NCBI GenBank assembly: GCA_010909165.1
Contig: MU008154.1
Span: forward strand, 186,001-250,000
DNA: 64,000 nt
Reading direction: 5' to 3'
Origin: Anthoceros angustus
Taxonomy: Eukaryota; Plantae; Anthocerotophyta
Shown here: positions 25,858 through 38,104 of the stretch, one piece after another
How positions within the stretch are numbered: the stretch's first letter is position 1
Layout: every line of letters starts with the position of its first letter
The notes under the pieces: generated by a model
Told to the model about the DNA's origin: nothing
Databases searched by the model: none
What the model saw: only the letters and a program-made list of their open reading frames with translations
Translations under genes and position numbers: made by a program

Positions 25858-26974
25858 TCAAGGAGCCCAACATTGCGCATGCTTCGATTTGAGCCATGGT
25901 GGCAACGGATTTTGAGGAGGAGTTGGCTTTACAGCCGGTTTGGCCTCCCTCAGTTCATTAGGGCGGTCCACAAATCTGCAGCAGAAGACAACAGCATTAG
26001 AGCATGACGAAATGCTTTGCATCCCAGCAGGCTAATCTCACGTTACGCAAGATATTGATTACAAGGGCAGCCATGCACTATCCCAAAAGCTCAAACCTGA
26101 TAGTTCACCTCAGCTTTCTCTCCGCACACATGAAGAGCAGCATGTTTTGACCAGCATTCTCACGCACACCGAGAGCCTTGAATCATGGACATCAATGGTA
26201 GGACTCATTGAAAAAATACAGGGCAAGAAAAATACTCAATGTATGCCATTGGAGCAGCATCTCCTTGGCGGATCCGTGTCTGCAAAACTCGTGTGTAACC
26301 GCCAGCACGCAACCTTTTAAGTCCACAAGACAAGAAACATTTTAGCCAGACAGAAACACACCGCAGGACCCCATTGCTAATGCCAAAACCCTAATAGCCA
26401 CGACAATACTCACCTGTATCGCTCTGCCATTTCGGTGAACAATTTAAAAACATTGCTATCTCCATGCACAATTCCAGCAGCTCGCCTCCTCGCAGCTAGA
26501 GTTCCCTGCATCAACAAATCTCAGAGACATGCGACGATCGATCGGCAATCGTTCAACAGCAGGACCAGACCACACATCAGACTGAAGACTTACCAGCTTC
26601 CCCAAGGACACCATGTTGTCTGCGACTCTTCTTAACTCCTTTGCCTGCACGCAAGCCCGCAAGGTAAACCAAAATGACAGAACACCATGCCCCGCAAGGA
26701 CTCCATAACAGCATGGACGACAACCTTATCTCCTGGTAAAGAATAGCACCTTGGGTACAGTTGTCTCAATGCGCTCGTGTTGTATCAGCTGCGAAACCAT
26801 ATTCCTGCAAATCAACTCTTAGACATGGGCCAGTCCTCCACTGAGCTACATGGATGAGGATGAGGGCATAAAACACACGTCCGTGCTGCAGCCAGCTGAG
26901 ACACCATACCTAAGAAGTGCCCACCGATGTGCTGATGGGCGTCCCAGTTTGCGCATGGAGTGACGGTGCTTCAT
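25858..26974 (-). CDS. RPL17: Organellar (probably mitochondrial) 50S ribosomal protein bL17, 6 exons
   Basis: Spliced: [127 protein letters not shown]. All introns are GT-AG. This is the bacterial-type bL17, not cytosolic uL22. Confidence 0.92.
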
Positions 26975-27633
26975 TGCTGCTGCCGGTGATCTGTCTGCCT
27001 GCTAATGGTACTTCGGCGGCTTCTGCCTACTTCCACCAAATCGCTAGAACGCCACACCGTCGAAACGCATCAAGGTTCAACTTTGGTGTGATCCTCGCCG
27101 TCGAGTAACACCATGTTCGTCAGGGCTTGTTTTCAAAAAAAACACTCATTCCTTCCACAGCGTTGCTTTTTCTTTTGAGTACCAAGTACTACCTATATGT
27201 GATGGGTTGAATGAAGAGGTTTAAGTTCTTCCCCATTGGGAACAAGATGGGTAATCTACACTCTACAAAATTAAGTACCTATAAATATTACCTGAAGTAG
27301 AACTTGTTAGCTCCATGGACAAGCATCATGGTCAAGACAGCCCTAAGATTCCTCTCAACCTCTGTGGCTGGAAAAATATATTATTTAGTGACACTAAATT
27401 CAAGAATATCAAAAAACAATTGGAATACATAAAGTGGTACAATAAAATGAGCTGGTACTTATCATGTATCATCAGTAGTTGTGATGCACACGCTTTGAGT
27501 TACCATGGTTGGGCATAGTCCATGGAATTTTATAGACGAGGCATGTGCCAACAAGCATACCTATACAGTCTTGTTGCACTTCAATCTTCTAACAGCCGCT
27601 GCTCAATTTGGATATTCTTGGCGAAGGCCTTGA

Positions 27634-28422
27634 TTGGTCAGTGAAACGAAGGTTTAACCTTATCCAAGTACTTCTTGGGAGATTCGTATCAGCAAAAATT
27701 TGCATGTCGCACAGCATTGGTCAGTGAAACGAAGGTTTAAACTTATCCAAGTACTGCTTGGGAGATTCGTATCAACAAAAATTTGCTTGTCGCACAACGC
27801 ATAGCTATCCTATTTGTCGTAAGTTGCACGGTTTGTGGGTATCATGACTGCAATAGGAAAGCTGCAATAGGGGCGATGTTACCAAGCCTCGTGCCCTGTA
27901 TTGTCAACACATAGGTGAAGGAGATCCTTGAAATGAGCAATCTGGAACTCTGTGAGGCATCCACGAGAAAATTCCTCAAAAACACGTGATTGAAGAAAAC
28001 CCCTAAAAAAGAAGAAGATGTGAGTCGCGATCCAAAAAGTCTTGAAGTCACTCCACGATCGCCATCTATAGATTGAAGACACTCATAGATTGATCGCCAT
28101 TAATTATCCGCTTCAAACACCACCCTCTGCAACTTCGAGCAGGTGGTCCGCTTCAAACACCACCCTCTGCAACTTCGAGCAGGTGGTCCGCTTCAAACAC
28201 CACCCTCTGCAACTTCGAGCGGTGGTCCGATACATCACATCAATGAGTAAGACCCCAAAGCCATGAATCGACATCCTCATCCGTCGGAAAACAAACAATC
28301 GACGGGAACTTCCAAAGAGCCTAGGAAGCATCCAAAACATTTTGCAGCTCATCCGTCGAAAAACAAACAATCGACGGGAACTTCCAAAGAGCCTAGGAAG
28401 CATCCAAAACATTTTGCAGCTC
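27634..28422. repeat. Cluster of short tandem duplications: ~83 bp x2 (27634-27790), 40 bp x3 (28108-28226), 72 bp x2 (28277-28422)
   Basis: Read directly, e.g. ccgcttcaaacaccaccctctgcaacttcgagcaggtggt x3. Confidence 0.85.
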
Positions 28423-29836
28423 ACGCTAGTACACAGTTGCTTGTATGTTATTCTTGCTCATCAAGCTATATAATAAGGGTAATATTATATTAGTTTAGAT
28501 TTTGTGACAACTTGCATGTCCAAGATCTCATTTAGATTATATTTTTTGAGTTAAGTAGACTCAAATTAGGGCTGAAAAAAATTAGCTCGAGTATAAAAGA
28601 GACAATGCCCTAAACATATATATGTATATATATGCTATAGTTCCAACTACAGCCATTATCAACAAAGAAAGAAGCGAAGTTGACTCACTTAACTATAATA
28701 TAGTAGAGTTTGTTTCCAGTTTTGAATTGCCTACCATCGGCTACTAAGGATGGCTCAAGAGGAGGAGGATATGGCAAAGCTATTGGCTGCACGCCTAGAG
28801 CTAGTGGAGCTACTTTTGATGAGGAGTTGGAGGTGATATTCGAGCTACAAAGATACTCTGGGAGGCAATTTTGGCCAAACATTAGAAAGAGATGCCGGAA
28901 GGGTCGGCCTCATTCGCATATGCTACATCAATAAAGAAGCCAATGACATACAAGCTTAAACTAATCCGCAATGAGCGCATAAACCGTGTGCACAACCTAG
29001 TTGTGGATCCGAAGCTGTTGTCCACCAAGGAGCTGATGGATTGATGGATTGATGGATCCGGAGAGGATCGATCTGAAGAAAGCAATTAAGCAATGCTCAA
29101 AGATAGCCCATCCGCGCGGATCTTGGGCATGAAAGAGGAGGAGTCGCGGATCTTGGGCATGAAAGAGGAGGAGTTGATACCCAGGTTTGGGAAGACTACA
29201 TTGGGAAGGAGCACGTTTGCAACGAGCAAATTAAGCAAGAGCGCAGCCAGCCCGTGGGCAGGATTTTTATAACAAGTGGCCCAAAGGCCATGGATATCAC
29301 CCCATCCAATAATTGATCCATTCGATGAACGCCTTACTATGTAGTTCCATGGATCGCTTGTGTGGATGTCACTCCTTTAAGGACCTGTTAACCTCATTCT
29401 CCAACTTGATATTGAAACTTGCTGGCATCATCCAGAAAATTAGAAGAGATTGTCCAATCAGGCCCCGAAAAGCACATAAAAAAAGGAAATTAGAGGAGAC
29501 CGTCACGCATAAAGATCCCATGCATAAATGGAGCTTTTATCCTCTCTACAGCGCCACCTTGAAGCGAAGAATTTTTGACATGAGAATAAACTAGATGAAG
29601 GGAAATGGGTCTTACTTCACACTGGAAACGGATCCCAATGCCCTCTTTCTCTCTGGCTGCATAATTAGGCCTGCGCCTCAACAACCGCTTTGCCTGCATC
29701 ATCTTCCGCGGTTTAAAAATGTTTCACTTTGTTTTGGCGTCTTTGCCATCGATGAACAACAATCGTCTGCATTGAGCTTGCTATGGCTGGTTTCGTTATG
29801 CAGAGAACCTAGCTCTCCTGCCACGGAATCCACAGC

Positions 29837-32762
29837 TTGTTGTGGGTGTCGTCTTCCGAGAGCGGTGCCAGGAACATGGGCACAGTATGGCAACCAGATC
29901 CGTTGTGGACTCAGCAAATTGGTGGGTGTGCAGGGATTCTACGAGAAGCTCCAGCTCAGCTCACCTCAGGGAATCAATCGCTGGCAATCAACCAAGCCTC
30001 CAGGTGCAGCGGTGTAAGAAACGCAGCTCCTCCACTTCCGAGAAAACGTGTGGCTGGGGAAGGATTGACCACCGATGGTCGTCGCCAAGAGCAGGAGCTA
30101 TTGTGGCAACAATTTTTCTTGGACCCTACCATGTGGTGGGATAACAGGCGGGATAAGAAGAGCTCCCGTTCGCCTGACTTCCGCCATAAGGGGTCCGGCG
30201 AGGTCCTCTGGTTAAACAATGTATCCAAGCCCACTTGGGTGGATGAGCAGCTCGTTTCTTTAGATATGCAGATGAGTTATGGTGCCTCTCCTTCCAAGTC
30301 GAGCTTTCTGGATAAGCCTGAGCCTTGCAGTTCTGCAGAATCGGGAATGGGCACAGCCGTTGTAACCGTGAGCACGTTATGTCAACAGGGGAAGCTTACC
30401 GAGGCCGTTGAAGCCCTGGAATCTCTGGCCCAGACCGACTATCCTATTTCTCAGTCTCTGTTATATGGTATCCTGAAGCTGTGTGCAGCTAAGAAGGATC
30501 TAGTTGTGGGGCGACGAGTTCATGATCTCATTGTCAAACTTGGGTACGAGTCGAATACATATTTGGGGAACCATGTATTGCGCATGTATGCATTTGGAGG
30601 TAGGCTACAGGAGGCCATGGATGTGTTCACCAGGGTGGGCAAACCAGATACCTTCATGTGGGTTTCCATAATCTCTGCATATGCCAAACATGGGAAACCT
30701 AAAGAGGCCATACAACTGTACCATGAGATGCGTAGGTCAGGTGTGAAAGCGAATTCTCACGTCTTTGTAGCTGCCCTTCAAGCCTGTGCATTTGCCTGCG
30801 ACTTGGAATCTGGCAAAAACGTGCACTCCGATGTGTTGCACAGTGGCATTCCTCCTGACTTGTTTGTTGGCACCTGCCTCGTGGACATGTATGTGAAATG
30901 TGGCCATCTGGAAGGTGCACGCGCTGCCTTTGATAGCTTGGCCACAAAAAATGTGGTGACATGGAATGCCCTGATTGCTGGGTATGCAAATCATGGGCTT
31001 GGTCAACAGGCGCTTGTTCTTTATGGACAAATGGAGCAAGAGGGCCTAGTGGTGGCGGACCATGTTACTTTTGCTTGCCTTCTGAAGGCCTGTGCAAGCG
31101 TGGGTGCCTTACAAAAGGGCAGGCAGCTGCACTCACAGATTGTGGATAGAAGACAGCTAGATAACACACTGGTGGGCACCTGCCTGGTGGACATGTACGC
31201 AAAGTGTGGTGAACTCGATGAGGCATTCCGGGTATTTGACAGCTTAACCACAAAAAATGTGGTGACATGGACGGCTCTGATTGCTGGGTATGCAAATCAT
31301 GGGCTTGGACAAGAGGCGCTTGTTCTGTATGAACAAATGGAGCAGGAGGGCTTAGTTGTGGCTGACCATGTTACTTTTGCTTGCCTTCTGAAGGCCTGTG
31401 CAAGTGCAGGTGCCTTACAGAAGGGTAGACAGCTGCACTCACAGATTGTGGAAAGAGGACAGTTAGATAACATAGTGGTGGGCACCTGTCTGGTGGACAT
31501 GTATGCAAAGTGTGGCGAAATGGATGAGGCTCGCCTGGTTTTTGACAACTTGGCCACTAAAAATGTGGTGACATGGACAGCCCTGATCGTTGGGTATGCA
31601 AATCATGGGCTCGGCCAAGAGGCTCTTGTTCTGTATGGACAGATGGAGGAGGAGGGTCTGATTGTGGCTGACCAGGTTACTTTGGCTTGCCTTCTGAACG
31701 CCTGTGCAAGCGCTGGCGCCTTACAAAAGGGCAGGCAGCTGCACTCACAGATCGTGGAAAGTGGACAGCTAGATGACGTAGTATTGGGCAACTGCTTGGT
31801 GGACATGTACGCCAAGTGTGGTGAACTGGAAGAGGCACGCATGGTTTTCGATAGCTTGACCACAAAAAATGTGGTGACATGGAATGCCATGATAGCTGGG
31901 TTTGGTACCTGTGATGAAGGTCAAGCGGCATTGTTTTGAGGAGATGTTAGCCGGTATTCAGCCTGATGCTACTTTTACCTGCCTTTTAGTAGCATGCAGT
32001 CATGGGGTCTGGTGAATGAGGGTCGGCACCAATTTGATGGGTTGAACAGCATGGCATGAAACGTTCTGTTGAGCACTACATGTGCATGATTGATCTTCTT
32101 GGGCGGGCAGGTTATTTAGATGAGGCAGAGAGCATGCTACTAACATGTGAGAGCAGCCAAAGCAATGTTGTGGGGTTGACATCTTTGCTGAATGCCTGCA
32201 AAAGTCACGGGGATATAGAGAGGGCAACACGGTGTTATGAAAGCCTTGTTAGACTGGAGCCTCAGCAGGCACCTGCATATGTGCTCATGGCCAATGCCTA
32301 TGCAGAGGCAGGTAGGTGGACCGATGTAGAGGATTGAGACAGAGAATGGTAGCAGGAGCTAACAAGAAACCTGCAGTGGCGGGCATTGAGGTGAAGAAGC
32401 AGGTACATACATTTGTGGTGGGAGAAAGAGATGATATTACGCTCACGGTGGAGAGCATGAATGCACGTTTGAAGGAGGAAGGGGCCACGTACCACACAAA
32501 GTTGGTGTTGAAGTCACTGTCTGAGAAGGAGAAGGAAGATGCACTTTGCGGGCATGCTGAGAAGCTAGCTCTGGCGTATGGTCTGTTGAATACTCCGAGT
32601 GGCACACCTCTGTTCGTAACCAAGAATCTACGCATGTGCAGTGATTGCCACAGTTCCACCGAGATCATGTCAAGAGTTGAACAGAGAGACATTGTTGTAC
32701 GGGATGGGTACCGCGTACATCGATTTGCAAGTGGTTCTTGCAGTTGCAAGGGTCGACCGTGA
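29837..32762 (+). CDS. PLS-class PPR RNA-editing factor: N-terminal PDF motif, 17 PPR motifs, E1-E2, DYW:KP (GRP type); frameshifted from ~31920 in this copy
   Basis: The 700-aa ORF has repeating P(36)-L(35)-S(31) triplets. The C-terminal part continues in shifted frames to HAEKLA..CSDC..SCSCKGRP* at 32762. The first in-frame ATG is 29876 (the track starts at TTG). Confidence 0.95.
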
Positions 32763-34587
32763 GAATGAGGATCAACTAGCCAGTGTTCAGCAAGAGAAAT
32801 GTGGCATTGGGAATCAGAGGAAGAAACAACAGCCTCCTCAGTAGGAGGCGGGGGCCGAAAGACGGACTGTGGGCATGTAACATGAACTTTAGTCCATTGA
32901 ACCATAACATGTTTGAACGATCGTCCTTTGTGATGTTCAACGAATGATCGGCATATTTGTATAATAACCGAAGTAATTCTGATTTTACTTCCAAGTGACT
33001 GATACAAGCTTTTAAGCTGAGACTCAGACTCAAAGATCCAGCTCCAAAAACTGAGCACTTCCAGAACATGGCAGGGCTCGCCTGAGTCTCATTTCGTCTC
33101 AGTTGTTGATCTTGGAAGAGCTCGGTCTCATGGAAGCAGTTGTTTCAGCTGGAGGTTTATGTCATAATAAATCCATTTTCATGTAATTACTTATCGATAA
33201 GTCCGATTGACGATCCGTCGTTAGTAGGCAGAGCTCAATATGTATATGTAAGCTCCTCCTGTACGGATGTTTCTGTCCTGCTTTCCTGTGCGTGTAATTG
33301 AAGTCCGTGCACTGCATGGCCAATTCTTGCGCTGGCTGTTGTTGATTTGGTTAAGGCTGATCGAATGCAGAACTTGCAGCTGCATTCTGGATCTGAACAC
33401 CTGGGAGCAGGGTTTTAAGGAGGGACTGAGACTCTCGAGTCCGGTGACTGCTGTGCGGATGTCGTGTAGTGTCGATTTGCTCGAGGAGGACCATTGGTGC
33501 ATTTGTGGACTGCTTCTGCACTGCTGCAGGAGGCGTATTACGGTGTTTGTAGCCCACCTGTGGGTGGTTTGGAGCCGGAATTTGGAGCTCGGCTGGTGGA
33601 GGAGTCCTTCAAGGAAGCACATCATGCCAACCCTTAAGCAGAAGGCGGAGTGATACGGGTGATGGTACACGCTGCACTGGAATTCGTCTTAAGCAAGCCT
33701 CTTCACGATGATCAGGAAAGAGGTAGAAGTGAGGTGGTTCACGGGTGCTGTGCTTATGACTAGAACGTTGCAGATGTTGTTGGAACTGCTGCTTTGAAGA
33801 GTCTTGGAAGTGGTTCAGGTGGTTGATGTGGCTGACGAACGAGATGCACAGATGGATGGAATGTCTGTGGTAATGCGCAATGTCGTGCAAGCAGTTCTGC
33901 CTGCTGTGGATCAAAGAAAGGGTGGATGCCACGTGAGCAAGTTACTTTTGCTTGCCTTCTGAAGGCCTGTGCAAGCACTGGTGCCTTACAGAAGGCAGGC
34001 AGCTGCACTCACAGATTGTGGAAAGAGGACAGTTAGATAACATAGTGGTGGGCACCTGCCTGGTGGACATGTATGCAAAATGTGGTGAACTGGAAGATGC
34101 ACGCCAGGTTTTGACAGCTTAACCACAAAAAATGTGGTGACATGGACGGCCCTGATTGCTGGGTATGCAAATCATGGGCTTGGACAAGAGGCGCTTGTTC
34201 TGTATGAACAAATGGAGCAGGAGGGCTTAGTTGTGGCTGACCATGTTACTTTTGCTTGCCTTCTGAAGGCCTGTGCAAGTGCAGGTGCCTTACAGAAGGG
34301 TGAACAGCTGCACTCACAGATTGTGGAAAGAGGTAGAAGTGAGGTGGTTCACGGGTGCTGTGCTTATGACTAGAACGTTGCAGATGTTGTTGGAACTGCT
34401 GCTTTGAAGAGTCTTGGAAGTGGTTCAGGTGGTTGATGCGGCCAGCTAATGAGCCATGTGTTGGCAGGTGTGCAACAACAATCTCGGACGAGTTTGGGAG
34501 GGAAATCCCCGTCTGCGGTAAGGATCATATCCTTGTGCAGGCTGCGGTTTTTCCACTGGTTCTGAAGCCTGTACACCCAAGACCCAT

Positions 34588-35660
34588 GGTGCCTTACAGA
34601 AGGCAGGCAGCTGCACTCACAGATTGTGGAAAGAGGACAGTTAGATAACATAGTGGTGGGCAACTGCCTGGTGGACATGTACGCCAAGTGTGGTGAACTG
34701 GAAGAGGCACGCATGGTTTTCGATAGCTTGACCACAAAAAATGTGGTGACATGGAATGCCATGATAGCTGGGTTTGGTACCTGTGATGAAGCTCACAAAG
34801 CGGTAGATTGTTTTGAGGAGATGTTAGTCGCTGGCATTCAGCCTAGTGATGCTACTTTTACCTGCCTTTTAGCTGCATGCAGTCATGGGGGTCTGGTGAA
34901 TGAGGGTCGCAAGCACTTCAATTCCATAGTTGAACAGCATGGCATGAAACGTTCTGTTGAGCACTACATGTGCATGATTGATCTTCTTGGGCGGGCAGGT
35001 TATTTAGATGAGGCAGAGAGCATGCTACTAACATGTGAGAGCAGCCAAAGCAATGTTGTGGGGTTGACATCTTTGCTGAATGCCTGCAAAAGTCACGGGG
35101 ATATAGAGAGGGCAACACGGTGTTATGAAAGCCTTGTTAGACTGGAGCCTCAGCAGGCACCTGCATATGTGCTCATGGGCAATGTGTATGCAGAGGCAGG
35201 TAGGTGGACCGACGCAGAGAGGATTGAGAGACAGAGAATGGTAGCAGGAGCTAACAAGAAACCTGCAGTGGCGGGCATTGAGGTGAAGAAGCAGGTACAT
35301 ACATTTGTGGTGGGAGAAAAGAGAGCTGATATTACGCTCACGGTGGAGAGCATGAATGCACGTTTGAAGGAGGAAGGGGGCCACGTACCACACACAAAGT
35401 TGGTGTTGAAGTCACTGTCTGAGAAGGAGAAGGAAGATGCACTTTGCGGGCATGCTGAGAAGCTAGCTCTGGCGTATGGTCTGTTGAATACTCCGAGTGG
35501 CACACCTCTGTTCGTAACCAAGAATCTACGCATGTGCAGTGATTGCCACAGTTCCACCGAGATCATGTCAAGAGTTGAACAGAGAGACATTGTTGTACGG
35601 GATGGGTACCGCGTACATCGATTTGCAAGTGGTTCTTGCAGTTGCAAGGGTCGACCGTGA
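34588..35660 (+). CDS. Second, open copy of the C-terminal half of the PPR-DYW:KP gene (S-P2-L2-S2-E1-E2-DYW:KP)
   Basis: ORF 34626-35660 is uninterrupted: KKPAVAGIEV..GHAEKLALAYG..KNLRMCSDCH..GSCSCKGRP*. It duplicates ~31780-32762. A further PPR piece lies at 33935-34333. Confidence 0.9.
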
Positions 35661-38104
35661 GAATGAGGATCAACTAGCCAGTGTTCAGCAAGAGAAATGT
35701 GGCATTGGGAATCAGAGGGAAGAAACAACAGCCTCCTCAGTAGGAGGCGGGGGCCGAAAGACGGACTGTGCTGGGCATGTAACATGAACTTTAGTCCATT
35801 GAACCATAACATGTTTGAACGATCGTCCTTTGTGATGTTCAACGAATGATCGGCATATTTGTATAATAACCGAAGTAATTCTGATTTTACTTCCAAGTGA
35901 CTGATACAAGCTTTTAAGCTGAGACTCAGACTCAAAAGATCCAGCTCCAAAAACTGAGCACTTCCAGAACATGGCAGGGCTCGCCTGAGTCTCATTTCGT
36001 CTCAGTTGTTGATCTTGGAAGAGCTCGGTCTCATGGAAGCAGTTGTTTCAGCTGGAGGTTTATGTCATAATAAATCCATTTTCATGTAATTACTTATCGA
36101 TAAGTCCGATTGACGATCCGTCGTTAGTAGGCAGAGCTCAATATGTATATGTAAGCTCCTCCTGTACGGATGTTTCTGTCCTGCTTTCCTGTGCGTGTAA
36201 TTGAAGTCCGTGCACTGCATGGCCAATTCTTGCGCTGGCTGTTGTTGATTTGGTTAAGGCTGATCGAATGCAGAACTTGCAGCTGCATTCTGGATCTGAA
36301 CACCTGGGAGCAGGGTTTTAAGGAGGGACTGGTAGAGACTCTCGAGTCCGGTGACTGCTGTGCGGATGTCGTGTAGTGTCGATTTGCTCGAGGAGGACCA
36401 TTGGTGCATTTGTGGACTGCTTCTGCACTGCTGCAGGAGGCGTATTACGGTGTTTGTAGCCCACCTGTGGGTGGTTTGGAGCCGGAATTTGGAGCTCGGC
36501 TGGTGGAGGAGTCCTTCAAGGAAGCACATCATGCCAACCCTTAAGCAGAAGGCGGAGTGATACGGGGTGATGGTACACGCTGCACTGGAATTCGTCTTAA
36601 GCAAGCCTCTCTTCACGATGATCAGGAAAGAGGTAGAAGTGAGGTGGTTCACGGGTGCTGTGCTTATGACTAGAACGTTGCAGATGTTGTTGGAACTGCT
36701 GCTTTGAAGAGTCTTGGAAGTGGTTCAGGTGGTTGATGTGGCTGACGAACGAGATGCACAGATGGATGGAATGTCTGTGGTAATGCGCAATGTCGTGCAA
36801 GCAGTTCTGCCTGCTGTGGATCAAAGAAAGGGTGGATGCCACGTGAGCAAGTTATCAGCAGACTTTTTACTGTTCGTGCAACCCGACAGATGCATGAGCT
36901 CTCTCTCGTGGTCAGTTTCCAGCGAGGTCACCCAACGTAGGTCTCAGCTAGTAAGCAGCTTTTTGCTGTTCTGTGTACTTTGCTGTTCTTTGTACCTTGC
37001 AGTTCTGTGCTATTTGGTTGATGCGGCCAGCTAATGAGCCATGTGTTGGCAGGTGTGCAACAACAATCTCGGACGAGTTTGGTCATCTTTGGGCCTTGAC
37101 GACTTGCCCTTGGCACATCTATCTGTCGCTGAAAGGAACGGCTCAAAAACTCAGGTTCCGTCCCATCTTAAGGCTTTGTTTCCATCTCTGTTGATTTCAT
37201 ACCCTGTAGAATGCATGATAACTGAACACTAGATGTACAGGTCCACCTGTATTCTGATACATTTGAGGCGCTTCTTGGAGCTTTGAATGAAGAGAAGGTA
37301 TGTTCTCCTGCTGTCAGTATGTCTGAGCTCGGAGGTCACATTAGTTCAATCTTTCTGGTAATTCTGTGCACGGATCCAAGCTTTCCTGGAATCTCGAGCT
37401 ATCTAGTGTGGATTTTTTTTTTTTGTCAGGGTTTCCAGTGGGTTGCAGACTTTGTAAAACGACAAATCTTACCACTTCTATGGGGTGTAGATAAGGTAAG
37501 GCAGGGCCGTGCTTGATCTTGAAATCACACGCTTTATAACTTCTCGTTGATATGGCAACTTTGCAATTCGTTGAATCGTATGGGGCTTGCTTGTGTACAG
37601 TGCTGTCAGGTACCAAGCCCCATTGCATCGCTCCAAGAGCTTACTATGGTTTCCCTTCACGTCACGCCAACCTACAAGTCAGCCCCTTATTTACCTGGTT
37701 TTTGGTTTCCTCTCGAGTATCGCAGTATCCTAACTCTCGCGCGAACAGGTTGATTGGTATTGACAACAAGGACACGCCTCTGCAAGTATTTCGAGTCCGC
37801 GTTTATGTGAAAGGTGTTCGGATGGCCACAGGGTTGGGCTCATCACAAGCTCGCCAAACAAGATGCCGCTACGAAAGCAGTGTTGAAGTGGCCAGAGCGG
37901 ATTGAATTGCTGTCAAAGCTTCCAGGACATAGTACATGATGTCGCCTGTGACCTCTGGGAATGCATTGAACAAACGCGATGGGGAAGCTCCAGCACTGCG
38001 AAGCTTGCAGTAAATGGGCAACCGTTGCCTTGTAAAAAAAGTCTAGGGCTTTTGACAAGACCACACAGCTAAGCACCTTGTGTGGAGCTGCAGAGGAGTC
38101 CAGA

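Noticed and set aside
28108-28422. CRISPR-like appearance of short repeats
   Set aside because: Units are directly adjacent with no unique spacers, there are no cas genes, and the context is eukaryotic.
32776-33930. Short minus-strand ORFs downstream of the PPR gene (and their copies at 35700-36850)
   Set aside because: No motifs, and frames are not preserved between the two copies.
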